Assembly: GCA_021432655.1 (NCBI GenBank)
Contig: MU271223.1
Coordinates: forward strand, 62,001 to 126,000
DNA from: Atractiella rhizophila
Taxonomy: Eukaryota
Length of the DNA: 64,000 nucleotides
Direction of reading: 5' to 3'
Part shown: piece after piece, positions 13,401 to 28,092 of the stretch
How positions within the stretch are numbered: position 1 is the first letter of the stretch
Layout of the letters: the number at the start of each line of letters is the position of its first letter
Position numbers and translations under genes: made by a program
Notes under the pieces: model-generated
What the model was told of the DNA's origin: nothing
Seen by the model: the letters and a program-made list of their open reading frames with translations, nothing else
Database searches by the model: none

Positions 13401-14128
13401 TGACAAGGATTGAAAGAGGGACCCACAAGGTAAATACCCTCCAACCTGTTGTTGTTCCTCAAAACATCCAAACAATTTCGGTATCCTTCCCAGCAAAACC
13501 TCATCCAAGGCATAACCTGGTTTCTATAATCCCTGTCCGTATCCTTGTCCTCGCTCACTGTTCCCATCAATAAACTCTCCGGCGTCTGTGGTGAATCCAA
13601 ATCTTCTACTTCGACGGCAGCTTCTGGAAGAGTTCCGTCTGCCGCTGCAGCAGGAGCCGACGTCTCGGATGGAGGATTGGCAGCTAGGAAAGCATTGGTA
13701 GCCTCCTTCAGGCGCTCCTCTGACTTATTAAGGAAGTGTTTAATTATGGTTTCGACGGACGCTGTGGAAACATTCTATGTCCACATTCTCCATGAACTCG
13801 TTGCAGGCCGGTAAAGGAGAGGTAAGACGCACCTGAGCGACATTTTTGTAAGCATGCAATCCTTCCTTCGCCAGCCTTCCTTTCTTGAGAATGACGCAAA
13901 GGTCAAGGAACTTCAGCAGTATCGGCTCTAAGGTAGAGATGGGGGTGGTGCGGAACTTCTTCGAGTTAAAAATCGAAGAAATGTGCGACAAAGCCGTCGC
14001 AGTCTGCCCTAAAGACAGTAAAGAGTCCGTGCGCTGTTCCAACGCCACATCAAACCCACTTGACAGAGACAACAGAACTGGCACACCTTAAGCACGTTCT
14101 CAGGACGTGCAACTAAAGATGGAGCCAT
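10498..14128 (-). CDS. TIF32: Translation initiation factor 3 subunit A (eIF3a), full-length
   Basis: MAPSLVARPENVLK, KGRLAKEGLHAYKN, QTPESLLM, VMPWMRFCWEGYRNCLDVLRNNNRLE, EFRRLSDILRSHL, PCI-like region, RIDHFERAIRREE coiled coil, Gly/Arg-rich tail. Confidence 0.95.
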
Positions 14129-17100
14129 GATTTCTTTTGTCTGGTTCGCTAAGTTCTAATCAATTTGATGTTCTCCTGGTCTGTGCAAGCGTTATTGAGT
14201 AATCCAGCCAGCTTGAATAGGTATTGTAGTGAGGGGCTTTGTTGCCTGTTCCGGTTGGGAATAGACGTCAATGAATTTCTCGGTTCAAAAACCTGCCTGA
14301 AGCCAGCATTAGTGTCAATCCTGACGCTGTGAGGAGTAGCACGAACTAATCTGGAGTCGCTTTTGCCTCTTGCAACTTTCTCGCTCGTCGTTGAAAAATT
14401 TTGGCTAATGTTTTTTTGCTGCGGATTTCGGGGGCGAGTCAATGACAACGAGGATGACAGCTTTACGATTTGAGAGATACTGTAATATGCGAAGTTGTAG
14501 AGATAGACTTGAGGAGGGTGAAGGGGCTATTACTAGGCCGTATCTAGGATATATATTTAAAGGACCACTTCGGTGAGCAATTGTTTGGAACTGCATGGAA
14601 AGAGGAGTGCCTGGATAGCCCTAAATTCCTACATGACCGTCGAATAGCTCGTTCGAAGTGATCTATACGCTTATGAGCGATACGTAACTTCTCCGCCAAC
14701 TCTTTCCTCTCCTTCTCCATATGTTCGACCTGGATCTGTACCACTTTGGCTGTGTCGAGAGTATCATAGTTCTATGTTCATCATCAGTAAAACCTACACG
14801 GTAACTCAAGCAACTAGAAAACATACCACATTCTCAATCTTGATACCTGCCTTATCGAGGTTATCAACGAGGGCTTTGACATCCTGTTTCCTAATGTTCT
14901 CCACAGTCTTCTTCGCTCTCTCGACTTCGGCTTTCCTCAACGCTTCCTTGGCCGCCTTTGCCTCCTGTTCAGCCCTCAATCTCGCAGCTACGGCTCTATT
15001 ATGAGCTTCTTCAGTCGCCCTTCTTGCGGCAAGCTCCTCCACAACTTCCTTTCGACGAGCGATCATCTTCTTCCTATTCTGGATCGTCAATCGATCTGCG
15101 GCTACTTGAGTATCCAGAGCCTCAAAAGCTTTGGAACGTCCAGCGGCGAGAAGAGATAGAGGACAGTCATCGGGATATACAGTATTGACGGTCTCTTCGA
15201 GGGTGACAGCAAAGTGTGTCAGGCGAGTTCGGAACGGGACAGTCGTCGAGTTGGGTAGAGGATCCTGAGAATAAGCAGACTCTTCAAAGCGGACCTCATC
15301 GGACGAATGGTCGATAATGATCTTGATATCTCCTCGCTTGCTGCTGTAAATCAAAAGCGCCTCGATCTCTTTCTCCGCCCCTTCTGCTCCATTACTCAAG
15401 TTGGCGAGTTTGAAGACCTTCGAAAGCTTGATGACCTTGTATATTTGTGCAAGCTCTTGGAAAAGTTTGATGACTGCAACCCTCTTGAGATGAGGAACGT
15501 AAGGGGCCAGTTTCGGGTTGGAGGAGATGGAGTCAAGGATGGGCGACAATCTGCTAGCAAGGGTAAGAGGATTGAACTGATCCTTCGATTCCAGCAGTTT
15601 GTACGCCTCTACTAAAGCAGAGGGTACCCGCTTCATAACCAGACGGCTCGACTGCTGCAGCATTAGCACGGCACTTAAAACAATCGTAATCTCTACTCAC
15701 TGCTTCCTTCAACAATCGCTCCCTCGTCAGATTCCCGACCTCTCCTCCAAGTCCGACCAGACCAACATTCTTGCCTCCCTTCTTTCCATCTGCACCATCT
15801 GCGGTATTCAAGTAATTCGGAACGGCGAGAGCGCTGACGAGGACCAGAGGAGCAAGTTCGTCGAGTTCCTTTTCAATCTTTTCGCCTCCCCCAGCGCTCT
15901 TGAGGATTTCGAAAATTTTGGCAAAGCAAGTGGAGTGGAAAAGCATGTTCTCTCCAACGAGGAAGATTTTGGACATCTTCGAATAAAAGGTGATGAGGAG
16001 ATTGGTCGATGAAGGAAGGGAATCAATCGTAGTGCTAGCTGAGGTCTTGACTTCTTTCTCCCCATCTTTTCCCTTCGGACCATGAATATTTGTTGCTCCT
16101 CCCTTTTCCAAAAGTGCCCATAAATCCTCTCCAATCCTGTAGCCCTCAGCCCACATCTCCATACCCTCCTCCAAAGCACCATCGAGCATTCCAAATCGAA
16201 TTTCGACCAATTTCGACAGCGTCTCAGTCTCAGAAAAATCGAGAGAATGGGTTTGATTCTGGTACTTGAGCGCAGAGGAAAGGTGGGACCTCAGAATGTC
16301 GGAAAGGCGACGGAATTCAACTCGTCGCTTGTTGTCTAAAAGGAAGCGGAGGGCTCTCAGGGCAACAGTCTAAGGAATCACAAACCACCCTCTCAACACT
16401 GATTGACAAGGATCGAAAGAGAGACCCACAAGGTAAATACCCTCCAACCTGTTGTTGTTCCTCAAAACATCCAAACAATTTCGGTATCCTTCCCAGCAAA
16501 ACCTCATCCAAGGCATAACCTGGTTTCTATAATCCCTATCCGTATCCTTGTCCTCGCTCACCGTTCCCATCAATAAACTCTCCGGCGTCTGTGGTGAATC
16601 CAAATCTTCTACTTCGACGGCAGCTTCTGGAAGAGTTCCGTCTGCCGCTGCAGCAGGAGCCGACGTCTCGGATGGAGGATTGGCAGCTAGGAAAGCATTG
16701 GTAGCTTCCTTCAGGCGCTCCTCTGACTTATTAAGGAAGTGTTTAATTATAGTTTCGACGGACGCTGTGGAAACATTCTATGTCCACATTCTCCATGAAT
16801 TCGTTGCAGGCCGGTAAAGGAGAGGTAAGACGCACCTGAGCGACATTTTTATAAGCATGCAATCCTTCCTTCGCCAGCCTTCCTTTCTTGAGAATGACGC
16901 AAAGGTCAAGGAACTTCAGCAGTATCGGCTCTAAGGTAGAGATGGGGGTCGTGCGGAACTTCTTCGAGTTAAAAATCGAAGAAATGTGCGACAAAGCCGT
17001 CGCAGTCTGCCCTAAAGACAGCAAAGAGTCCGTGCGCTGGTCCAACGCCACATCAACCCCACTTGACAGAGAGAGGAAAGAACCAGCGCACCTTAAGCAC

Positions 17101-17648
17101 GTTCTCAGGACGTGCAACTAAAGATGGAGCCATGATTTCTTTCGTCTGGTTCGCTAAGTTCTAATCAATTTGATGTTCTCCTGGTCTGTGCAAGCGTTAT
17201 TGAGTAATCCAGCCAGCTTGAATAGGTATTGTAGTGAGGGGCTTTGTTGCCTGTTCCGGTTGGGAATAGACGTCAATGAAAAATTCTCGGTTCAAAAACC
17301 TGCCTGAAGCCCCCATCAGTTTCAATCCTGACGCTGTGAGGGGCAGCACGAACTAATCTGGAGTCGCTTTTGCCTCTTGCAACTTTCTCGCTCGTCGTTG
17401 AAAAAATTTGGCTAATGTTTTTGTGCTGCGGATTTCGGCGGCGAGTCAATGACAACGAGAATGACAACTTTACGATTTGGTAAATTGAGAGATACTGTAA
17501 TATGCAAAGTGTACAGATGGACTTGAGGAGGGTGAAGAGACTGTTGCTGGGCCTTATCTATGCCATAGAATCAAAGGATCACTTCAGTGAGCAATTGTTT
17601 AGAACTGCATGGAGAGAGGAGCGCCTGGGTAGTCCAAATTGTTACATG
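11633..17648. repeat. Head-to-tail tandem duplication of about 3.0 kb (11633-14635 and 14637-17648)
   Basis: Direct alignment with offset 3004-3013; junction ACATG-A-CCGTCGAATAG at 14631-14647; exons nearly identical, some introns and the promoter more diverged. Confidence 0.95.
14544..17133 (-). CDS. TIF32: Second, C-terminally truncated eIF3a copy (tandem duplicate; possible pseudogene or haplotype artefact)
   Basis: Near-identical to the 11633-14128 part of the full copy; homology stops at ...FERAIRR and the frame runs about 30 codons into the other copy's promoter, stopping at 14544. Confidence 0.8.
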
Positions 17649-17854
17649 GTAATGTCAGGCTTAGTGTATCATGTTTCTGCACGCTGATTGGCACTCGGAA
17701 ACCGTTGAAGAAGACGTCGCTTGGATCCAAGTCTATTCTCAATATTTTGATTCCCATGTCGCAGCTATGTTCATGTTAAATTCGTGGAGCTTTGGATTCC
17801 ATTGTTGTGCTGCATCATGTAACTTCATTAAATTCTTCAGGTTCATCAAATTCT

Positions 17855-18470
17855 TCAGAGTTTGCTGAAGGGATTAAATCCTTCTCTGCGAGGCAATGGT
17901 TTGTTAGCTGTGATCCACGCTTTTAACTCCTCCTGTTCCGCTGCATCTCCAACCGGCAGAGGGGGGTTTATTCCGTTTTCCCTCCATCCCTCCCTATCCC
18001 AATGTCTATAGTTAGGGCCTCATCATAAGTGATGACGGTGAACGCACCTAGGAGTGTCTGAAATGCTGATCTCCCAATCATACCCTTTCGCTTTAATCCA
18101 CGGGGCGATTTTAGTTTCATAATGGCTTGCGAAGTTGTACATCTGCTCTTTATTTTGGAAGTGGATGTGCAGATGTTCGACAGTAATTCGAACGAAGTTG
18201 TTCGTGCTTTTTCCACCGATGAAAAACTGCTCAACTCATTCATCAAATCTTTTCAATGTTGTTGAAACACACGTTGTTGGCTTCTACGGGTAGGAAGAGG
18301 ACTGCAGGATTGTTAAGCAGAGGATGGAATAAAGAACCTTAGGAGGTCTCACCGACAACGAAGAAAGCAGGCATCATACGTGCGTAAATGGACGTAATAG
18401 AGTCCGCCAACTCCTTCTTGTCCTGATCCGTGAAGGCACCGGGAGTATGGTAAATCCTGTGGAGAGGCAT
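17855..18470 (-). CDS. Putative oxalocrotonate tautomerase / cis-CaaD-like protein (Tautomerase_3 family)
   Basis: Not in the ORF track. Manually spliced: MPLHRIYHTPGAFTDQDKKELADSITSIYARMMPAFFVV..FIGGKSTNNFVRITVEHL..KGYDWEISISDTPREGWRENGINPP; catalytic Pro directly after Met. Confidence 0.85.
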
Positions 18471-19369
18471 TTTTGATCGTATTTGCGATATCAACTAACG
18501 CCTTGAGGGAATCGTTTATGACTGGCAATGTTCCATTTTATGTGCACAATGGATCCGGTTAGTTTACCGAACCCTCGCCACGGCTGAAGCTCGTCTGTCA
18601 GCCCGCGGATCGTCACCTGGACGGTCCAGGGGAGTATAGCGACCCTGATGTACAACAGAGGTGGAGGTGGGAGCGTTGAAAAGATTTTAAGTGTTAGTTC
18701 CATGGGTAGACCACGGTTCCAGCTCTTTCTCTCCCTCGGATTGTATCTAACGCGGAGAAGCAAAGCTTCACACTTGTGCAACAATATCGCCCCATACTGC
18801 ATCCGAAGCGCGAGGCACGGAGAGAAGATGTTGTGATGTTGTACTGGAGGTATCTATCTAATGCCTGACGGCCTGAAACTTCATGCATTTTCAGAGAACA
18901 AAAACAGACTGGGCGGAATGGCGCGGATGGGGAATAGCATATTCTTCATGTTGTTTATCAGTGTTCCATGATGGCCTTTAGGGACTCAACAATTTTGGAG
19001 GAATTGCGGCCAACACTCTACGAAATCACAATGCGAATGTTCAAGCAGCAATGATAGCAGAAGTTGTCCCTCCAAATTCACGCTTGCTAGACCTGAAGAT
19101 GATTGGGTACCTCCCTACAATTTCGCAGGTCGAAGGTCTACTCTCAAAGGCACTTTTTCGGAGCACAACCACCACCAGAGCTTGTGATTTTCTAATGTCA
19201 CTTTGTGGTCATACATTTCAAGTTTCGACCCATTTCATTAAAATGTGATAAGTTGTGCGAACTCAGCAGACGCAAAGGATATTCAGAAGTAATTTAAGTA
19301 TTTGCGAGACTGTGAGTTTATTGTCACAACACGGGATACACTATTCGCATATGAATGACATCTGAACCT

Positions 19370-21215
<1,846 letters not shown>

Positions 21216-21663
21216 TCAGGGTTAGGTAAAGATCACGGAACGATGACAATGAGATGAACACAGTGTTCTGCTTTTAAGAAGTGGCTGTTATTGCAAAATG
21301 GATGCAAATGGTGCAATGAGGGGACAGGATGGCGAGTCTTAGATATCTTTGATGCCACGGTGACCAGCATGGCCCTTTTTAAAGGCTAGAGAATAGACTG
21401 AGCACCGTTCTGATACGAATATCCACTGGATACTCGTGTTGTAAAAGGCCTGATAAAGGAGTCTGTTTGGGCACCAGAGAGAATCAAGGACATGAACGGG
21501 CATTCCAGCAACAATGAATCTGTGGGCTTGCTGTGAGCGCCACTCCTAGGACCCGTGACGGGGAGAAGCAGCGCCTGGACATTGTCTCATCACGCAGACA
21601 GGAAATCTTTGCCTTGAACCAGCTCAAGCTGCCCATGAAGTTCGGGATGGGTCCAAACGTGTG

Positions 21664-21671
21664 CACGTGAC
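21664..21671. promoter_or_regulatory. CACGTGAC E-box (Cbf1-type) in the MET17/YJU2 divergent promoter
   Basis: GTCACGTG on the minus strand about 480 bp upstream of the MET17 ATG; Cbf1 sites regulate MET genes in yeast. Confidence 0.4.
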
Positions 21672-21785
21672 ATGGGCACCTTTGCCACCAACCAATCCAT
21701 TCGACCAGTCTACCACTTCAAAGGTCAATTGCGCCTCTTTGATCCTGCAAAAAATCCGCTTTGTCGACGACTAGATTAGCCCAAG

Positions 21786-22970
21786 ATGTCCGAGCGAAAG
21801 GTTTTGAACAAATACTTGTGTGTCTCTCCTTCTGCACTCAGGGAACATGTAGGTCTAACTGTGATTGCGTGCGATACAGCCCTCCGGATTTTGATCCTAC
21901 GAAAATCCCACGGCGAAAGTTAGGGAAGGAGAGGCAACAGGTTGTACGTCTCATGGCTCCATTTAGCATGCGTTGCAAGTAAGTCACCTCTTCTTCTGCT
22001 TTACGGGACGAAGCGAGGTGCTAAGTGCTATGAACGTTGGATAGTACTTGTGGAGAATACATCTATAAGGGCAAGAAGTTCAACGCGCGCAAGGAGACCG
22101 TGCATGGAGAGACGTATTACGGCATCAAGATCTTTCGTGTTCGTCCTCCCACTCCTCCCTTCCTTTCAATGCTAACCAGCATTTACATGCCACGAATATC
22201 AGTTCTACATCAAATGCACACGCTGTTCCGCCGAAATAACGTTCAAGACGGACCCCAAGAACACAGACTATGCAGCCGAACATGGAGCGCAGAGGAACTT
22301 CGAGCCATGGCGGGAAGAGGAGGCAACGGAGGAGGACAAGCTTGCTTTACTCGAAGCTGAAGAACTGGCACAGGAAGCGAAGGATCGTCCAAACGCTGCA
22401 GGCCTGGACAATCCGATGGCAGCTCTGGAGGATCGAACAGTAGAATCGAAGAGGGAGATGGACATTTTGGACAAGTTGATGGAAATCAAAAGTCGGAATT
22501 CAAAACGCGAGAAGGTGGGAAGAGGGGATATCGATGCTGCTATTGAGAGCTTGCAGAAAGGAGGACTGATTGCGAGGGAGGGAGAGGAGGCGATGCGTTT
22601 GATTAGGGAGAAGATGGAAGAGGAGGAGATTGACGAGGAGGTGCGGAGAGTGTTCTACAAGCTTGATCAGCCACAGCCTGGCCCTTCCAGTGCCCTTCCA
22701 TCCCTACCGCAAATCGAACTCGACGAGGAGCCGCTCGCCGAACCACTTGCTACCACCTCAACCTCAACAGAACCCTCTATTATCTCAGCCACCATGACTT
22801 CGATATCAGTTAAACGCAAGCTGGCAGATGTGGAGCCAGAGGCGGCAGAATTGTTAGATGATGAAACTCGCAAGGTGGTGGAGGGTGTGACGTTCGGTGG
22901 AGGTGGGGGTGGAGCGAAGAAGAAGAAGAAGAAGGAGCTGGCGATGAAATTTGGACTGGTCAAGAAATAA
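21786..22970 (+). CDS. YJU2: Splicing factor YJU2/CWC16 (CCDC94)
   Basis: [70 protein letters not shown]. Confidence 0.95.
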
Positions 22971-23479
22971 TGTCACCTCTTCCATCCTTTATTCACTGTT
23001 GGCCCTCATGTCCGTATGTGATGTATTTATCTTCGTGGAATGGTTTCCCTGTGATTGAGTTTGGCAATGAAAGATCCATGCCGCACCCTGGTAGACTACG
23101 AGGGGATTGTCATCAAAGCAGTTTACTCTGTTGGCAGCGGCAGTAGCAGTCCCTATCAATGTTCTGATCCCCTTTCTGGTCGGACTCAGGTCCCATCCTA
23201 TCACGAACTAGAGCTCCCACTCTAATCGAGCTGAAACAAGAAAGGTAGAGGTTTTCAAGCAGAATGTTGAACCTACTTTGCTCAGGACCCAGTAGTTTTA
23301 TGCTCGGACTCCATTTTTAATGTGATCAAATGTTTTCGCAAAAGGAGCTGCTGTCCCTTCAACTCTAGAGCCTTCGAGGACGGTGGTTGACACGGTGTTA
23401 CGCGCTTCTTCACACGCACATATTCAGCCTTCTGGCGTGGTTCAAGGAAGGCTCATCATTCCAGCTCGCTATATGGCTC

Positions 23480-25190
23480 CTACATCTTGCTGTAGATAAA
23501 ATCTACAATATCCTTCGTCGATGGAGTGTCAGGTACTTTCTGGAGGCGTTCCCCGTAAAGTTGCCCCACGAATATATCGACAAGCTCGTCCCCTAGAGCT
23601 GCCATTTTATCATTCATCTGAGGAGGTGCTGAAATGAGGGCAGAAGAAGTATCCGGCTTGACATCGACGGCGGTAATGAGGCCATGTTTTGAAGTTAGCC
23701 GTACTTCCTACAGAAGGGCTAAGCAATACTCAGCAGTGAAATGGGAATAAGTGTGCATACAATGTTGTCATGATGGAAGTCATGCGTGAACTCTGGTGTT
23801 TGACCATACTGCCATTCCCAACTCTAACTACCAGCTTCAATCGGAATATCATTTGTCAAGAAATGGGCTCACCTGAAGCTCTTGAATAGTCGTATTAATG
23901 TATTCTTCTGATCCCTCTGGGAGACAAGTTTCGTCCACCTCCTGTATTCCTGCTTAGTGACCATGATTCCGCCCAGCAAAGAAAATAACAAACCAAGATC
24001 TTGTCATCTGTACCATTGGTTTCTCTAAACTCGTCCGCAACGGCGGAAACAAATGTGTCATGGTCTAGTTGTGGATTGTACGACCGGAGGTTGGTGACTT
24101 TGGAAGAGACGGAGAGTACGCCTTTCGTTGTTATCCGATCCTAGAATAGCATAAGTTACAGGGCTAGTTATGGGACAACACAGGAAAAATGCACCCGAAG
24201 CGGCGACAAGAGACCACGTAAGGAAGAGAGGTCGGCATGGAGCAGCATGCTGCCGTGATGGTATGCCCTCTGCGTCGTCAACTTGTAAGCTGATCCGGAG
24301 ACGTGATGAAGGCAAACAGCTGTAGATAAGTATTATGAAGGAAGAAGCGACGGAGCACCTATCTTGAATTGCTCCACGCAGACATCGTGCCGTTCATTCA
24401 CGAAAGCTTGAATACCAAACTTTTTTTTCAAGGCGCGTGCAACCATCTCTGCATTCGTGTTTCGATCAAATGTGGCCCTGGAAGTGAGGACACAATAATT
24501 CGTGTTTCCCAAATCCTACTTCAAGAACAGTTGGTGCTGCTGCAAGGAGAAAACAAAGCACTGACGTGGTAAACAGTTCCTCCACCACTTTTGCGTCGAA
24601 TGAAGGGAATATTGAGCTTGGAGAGTAAGCGTAGATCAATTTCTTTCCATGGATTCTATAGAATGTCGGTTATCTGGAGCAAAAGAAGACTAAAGCAACA
24701 AACTGACTTGATTACGACCAATAACAACGCAGGGGTCATTTCTGTACATGTAGAGAATAGTGGTAGATGGGTCCGATTTCCGGAAGAGCCTGCAAAATTT
24801 GCGAGCATCACACTGAGTTTCACAAGATACTTTGTTTCAGAGGAAGAGAAAAGCACCAATCTTCAAAGGAAAGGTTGAACCATGGGTTGTGTGATTTCGA
24901 AGAGAAAATCCTGTGCAACTTAGGAACTGGCATGCATGGAACCTCAGTAAACGTCTACATCGCCAGAGAGAAGACCCACAAGCCATTCGAATGTAGAGAA
25001 TAGAGAATTAGGTATGGGTTGATGTGGTACAAGCACCGCGAAACTGACCTGAAGTTGCATGAACTCATAAACGCTCTGATTCAGTGAGTGCTCACCGATG
25101 GCAAAGGCAGCTGAAGCAGCAGAAAGTCACAGTGGAAAAGCAAAAGTTTGGTGCAAGAAGTATCTCGTGACCCAGCTGGACGCGTGTGCA
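23480..25190 (-). CDS. Lipoate-protein ligase A-like (AIM22/LIP3 family), multi-exon; start uncertain
   Basis: Manual translation: SKSHNPWFNLSFEDW, RNDPCVVIGRNQ, NPWKEIDL, FIRRKSGGGTVYH, AYHHG, WEWQYGQTPEFTH; stop at 23480. Confidence 0.85.
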
Positions 25191-26050
25191 TTCTCAAACA
25201 CGGAGGAACCACCAATCCAAATCTTCAACCTACAACCACTTGTCACCGACTATGTCCAACGAATTCTGCATGGCTAATCAGCGGATAAGAGCTTATTTCT
25301 CTAATTCTGGAGAAGGAATTTTGTTTGCCATGGCCTCCACAGCTAATTAGTGCGTAACCCTCTTTGGTGGGTAAAGGATGGGTATAATGCTTCGTGTACT
25401 GTTGCAATGTTTGAGCCGCGAAGTCTATCGGCGTAATTTGTGATGAGAAATGCATTTGCTTGCTTGAGCTGCGGCAGAAATGCATCAGAAAAGTTTGTCC
25501 TCTACACACATTCAAAGTTCGTCCAACCAGCACCAACAGGATTTGCACGACACGATGAGTCGCTTTCAAGGGAAATACCTGTGCTGGTTCATCACAGGGC
25601 TTCACTTTTCACATCAAGGCGGATATGAACCTACATGAACATGGAGGGTGGGCACGCCGTTATGCCGTACCTTGACTCCGCCCTGTCCTTACAAGTTCTG
25701 TTGTGAGGAGAAATCTGCAAAAGCTCATCTTATCCCTTCTTATATTGTGACTACCAGAAAATTCCCTTTTTTTCAGGTCGTAAATATCCGCGTAACGACA
25801 GAGCACTTAGCGATTGCTGCGAGCGATGATATTCGCATGTCAGTGTGTTGTCCACTACTGTTCCTTGCACCTGTCATGAACTCTATCATGCTATGAACGT
25901 ACAGACTGACACAAATCGGATGAGACATTAAAATCTCATCTGTGCCGTGTGGGCAGCGCCTGATAAATCTCTGCTTATTTACAGGCAGAGCCAGCTTCAA
26001 TACTTATCTCTTATCGCGGGAGTTCTGGCAAGCCCTCGAACCTCGTCTTC

Positions 26051-27358
26051 ATGGCACGAACCAACGCTGGCGCCTTCATGCCTATCCCAGACACCGAGGA
26101 GGTAGACTTCCATCCTTCCCAGCCCAAAGTGGAAAAAGTTGGTGGCAGGGGTTTCGATTGGCCTCTCAGTTGGGAGAGCGGCAAACATTCCAGCTCAAGT
26201 TTCCACTCGAAACACTCTAAAGTTCCATCGTACTCTTCAATCGAGGAAAGCGAAAGCTTGCAGCTCTTCCTCCTAGCCACTCAACTGCTCCAGTTTCAGC
26301 GCAGGAGGCGAACGCAATCGCCAAATCATGGCTTGATACCACCATCCCTTGGTATTTCACTCTTCTCGCAACTACCCTGCTTTACATACTCGTCCTTCTC
26401 ATCGCATTTGTCGTCTCCTACCGTCCAAAATATAACAGCATCATTCCGGAGGTTTCGTACCAGGATCTCACGAAAGATGGAACGCAGACCGTCAACTTTC
26501 CTATCTTTGTCATTGCAGCAGACACTTCCAGTAATACTACTTTGGCACTCAAGAGCAATTCAACGACTCTCAAGATCGTGCAAGGAAGTCCTGCCAACCC
26601 GAAGATTGTACCAGGGAGCGAAGGATGCGTCAAGCCATACACCGAGGAGAGATTAGGAAGTTATGATGTCGCCACTCTCAACCTCACGGCAGCAGGACCT
26701 GCATGTCGTATCTCAGACCCGTCGATGTACCTTGCTCTCTCGATCCCTTACACCCCACCGACTTCCTCGAATCCTTTCGCCATTCCCGACGCAGAACCGT
26801 GCCTCCTCGTCGGTTTGTACCCATGGTCTGACGACGCAGATACTATTAAGGAGAAGATAGGAGATGTTGAAACCTCTTCTTCCCTCCGTTTCGTGCCTGG
26901 TCAAGCAAGAGCATATCTTTCGGTCAGGCATACTACGCTTGAGAAGATGGATGGGAAGAAGAGTGTGGAATATGAAACGACGATTGACTGGATTCCTCAG
27001 CCTTCTTCCGCTTCTGCGCCAGGAACTTATGGCACTGCTTCCACGACTGAACAGCCAGTGTTAAATGGTGCACTCCCCTTGCATGTTCCGATTCTAGATG
27101 CTGACAGAGCCGGGGACAGTGTACATCAAATATGCGTCTCTCATATCGACAGCAACGAAGCAAAAGCGTCAGTTATCTCCCTTTATATTGGAAAAGTTGT
27201 CTGGTAGCTAAGCAGTGGTTTTAGGTCAAATGAGCTTGTCAGATATTTTCTTTGCTGCCATCGGGCTCTGGGCTGGTCCGGATGCTCTCATTACCGCACT
27301 GGCTTTTGGAGCGACCTGGTGGCTGCAGAGGAAGAAGGCAAGAGAGGCTGGAATTTGA
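26051..27358 (+). CDS. Hypothetical membrane protein (two predicted hydrophobic segments flanking a loop)
   Basis: Spliced ORFs 26051-, 26542- and a terminal exon ending in the hydrophobic FFAAIGLWAGPDALITALAFGATWWLQRKK; no family recognised. Confidence 0.55.
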
Positions 27359-28092
27359 TGTTATCAAACATTTTAGCGACAATGGACGCTTGTCTATCCA
27401 TGTATTCATAGCGATGATGATGTCCTAAACTTGATACCAAGTGTTATATACCTATTGGTCAATGCTGACGCTTTTTGCACCATTTTCTTGCGAGGGATGT
27501 CTTGACGTGATGAGATTGGGGTATGGATTGCATAAGAAATAGACCGACATAAGTAGTATTGACACTGAAATCCAAACTCCACTGAACTTCATCAAGTCTA
27601 GCCCAAAAACTAGGACTGCAAAAGGGATCACTGTTGGAGCTTCCAGACTGTCCGTCCCAAATTTTTGGAGATGGTAAGGGGAAAAGGGCTGAAGAAGAAG
27701 AAAGAAGAGGGAGAGTTTGTGAATTACACCGATGATATCGCATTCTTGGAAATCAAGGAAGAACTTAATTGAAGCAACCTTCTGAAGTGAAAGAGTGTCC
27801 TTCGGAACGGATGAACCAGCTCTAACAACTTGATTGATCGATGAATTGACTGAAGCAGAAAACGACCCTATTGTACCCTTTTGACTAAATCACCAAGCAT
27901 GTAAGGAGAATCGGATTAAATGAAAGGTGTTGTAAGTGGTCTGACCAGATTGAGGAAAGTGTACAAAATACAGAAAGTCCTGATGGTTATTCTTTGAGAC
28001 TCGCAACGCTATTGTTTTCTGTCAACATCCACCAAAGACACTGGAGAAATATCAGCTTACCGAGATCAACAAAAGTCCATTCATTTTTTGGT

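Noticed and set aside
25243..26000. Short ORFs between the lipoate ligase and the membrane protein gene
   Set aside because: No consistent frame, splice pattern or motif; treated as intergenic.
27360..27860. TGATGA/CTGA-like words suggesting C/D snoRNAs
   Set aside because: Boxes are imperfect, with no terminal stem or recognisable rRNA guide; probably convergent 3' UTRs.
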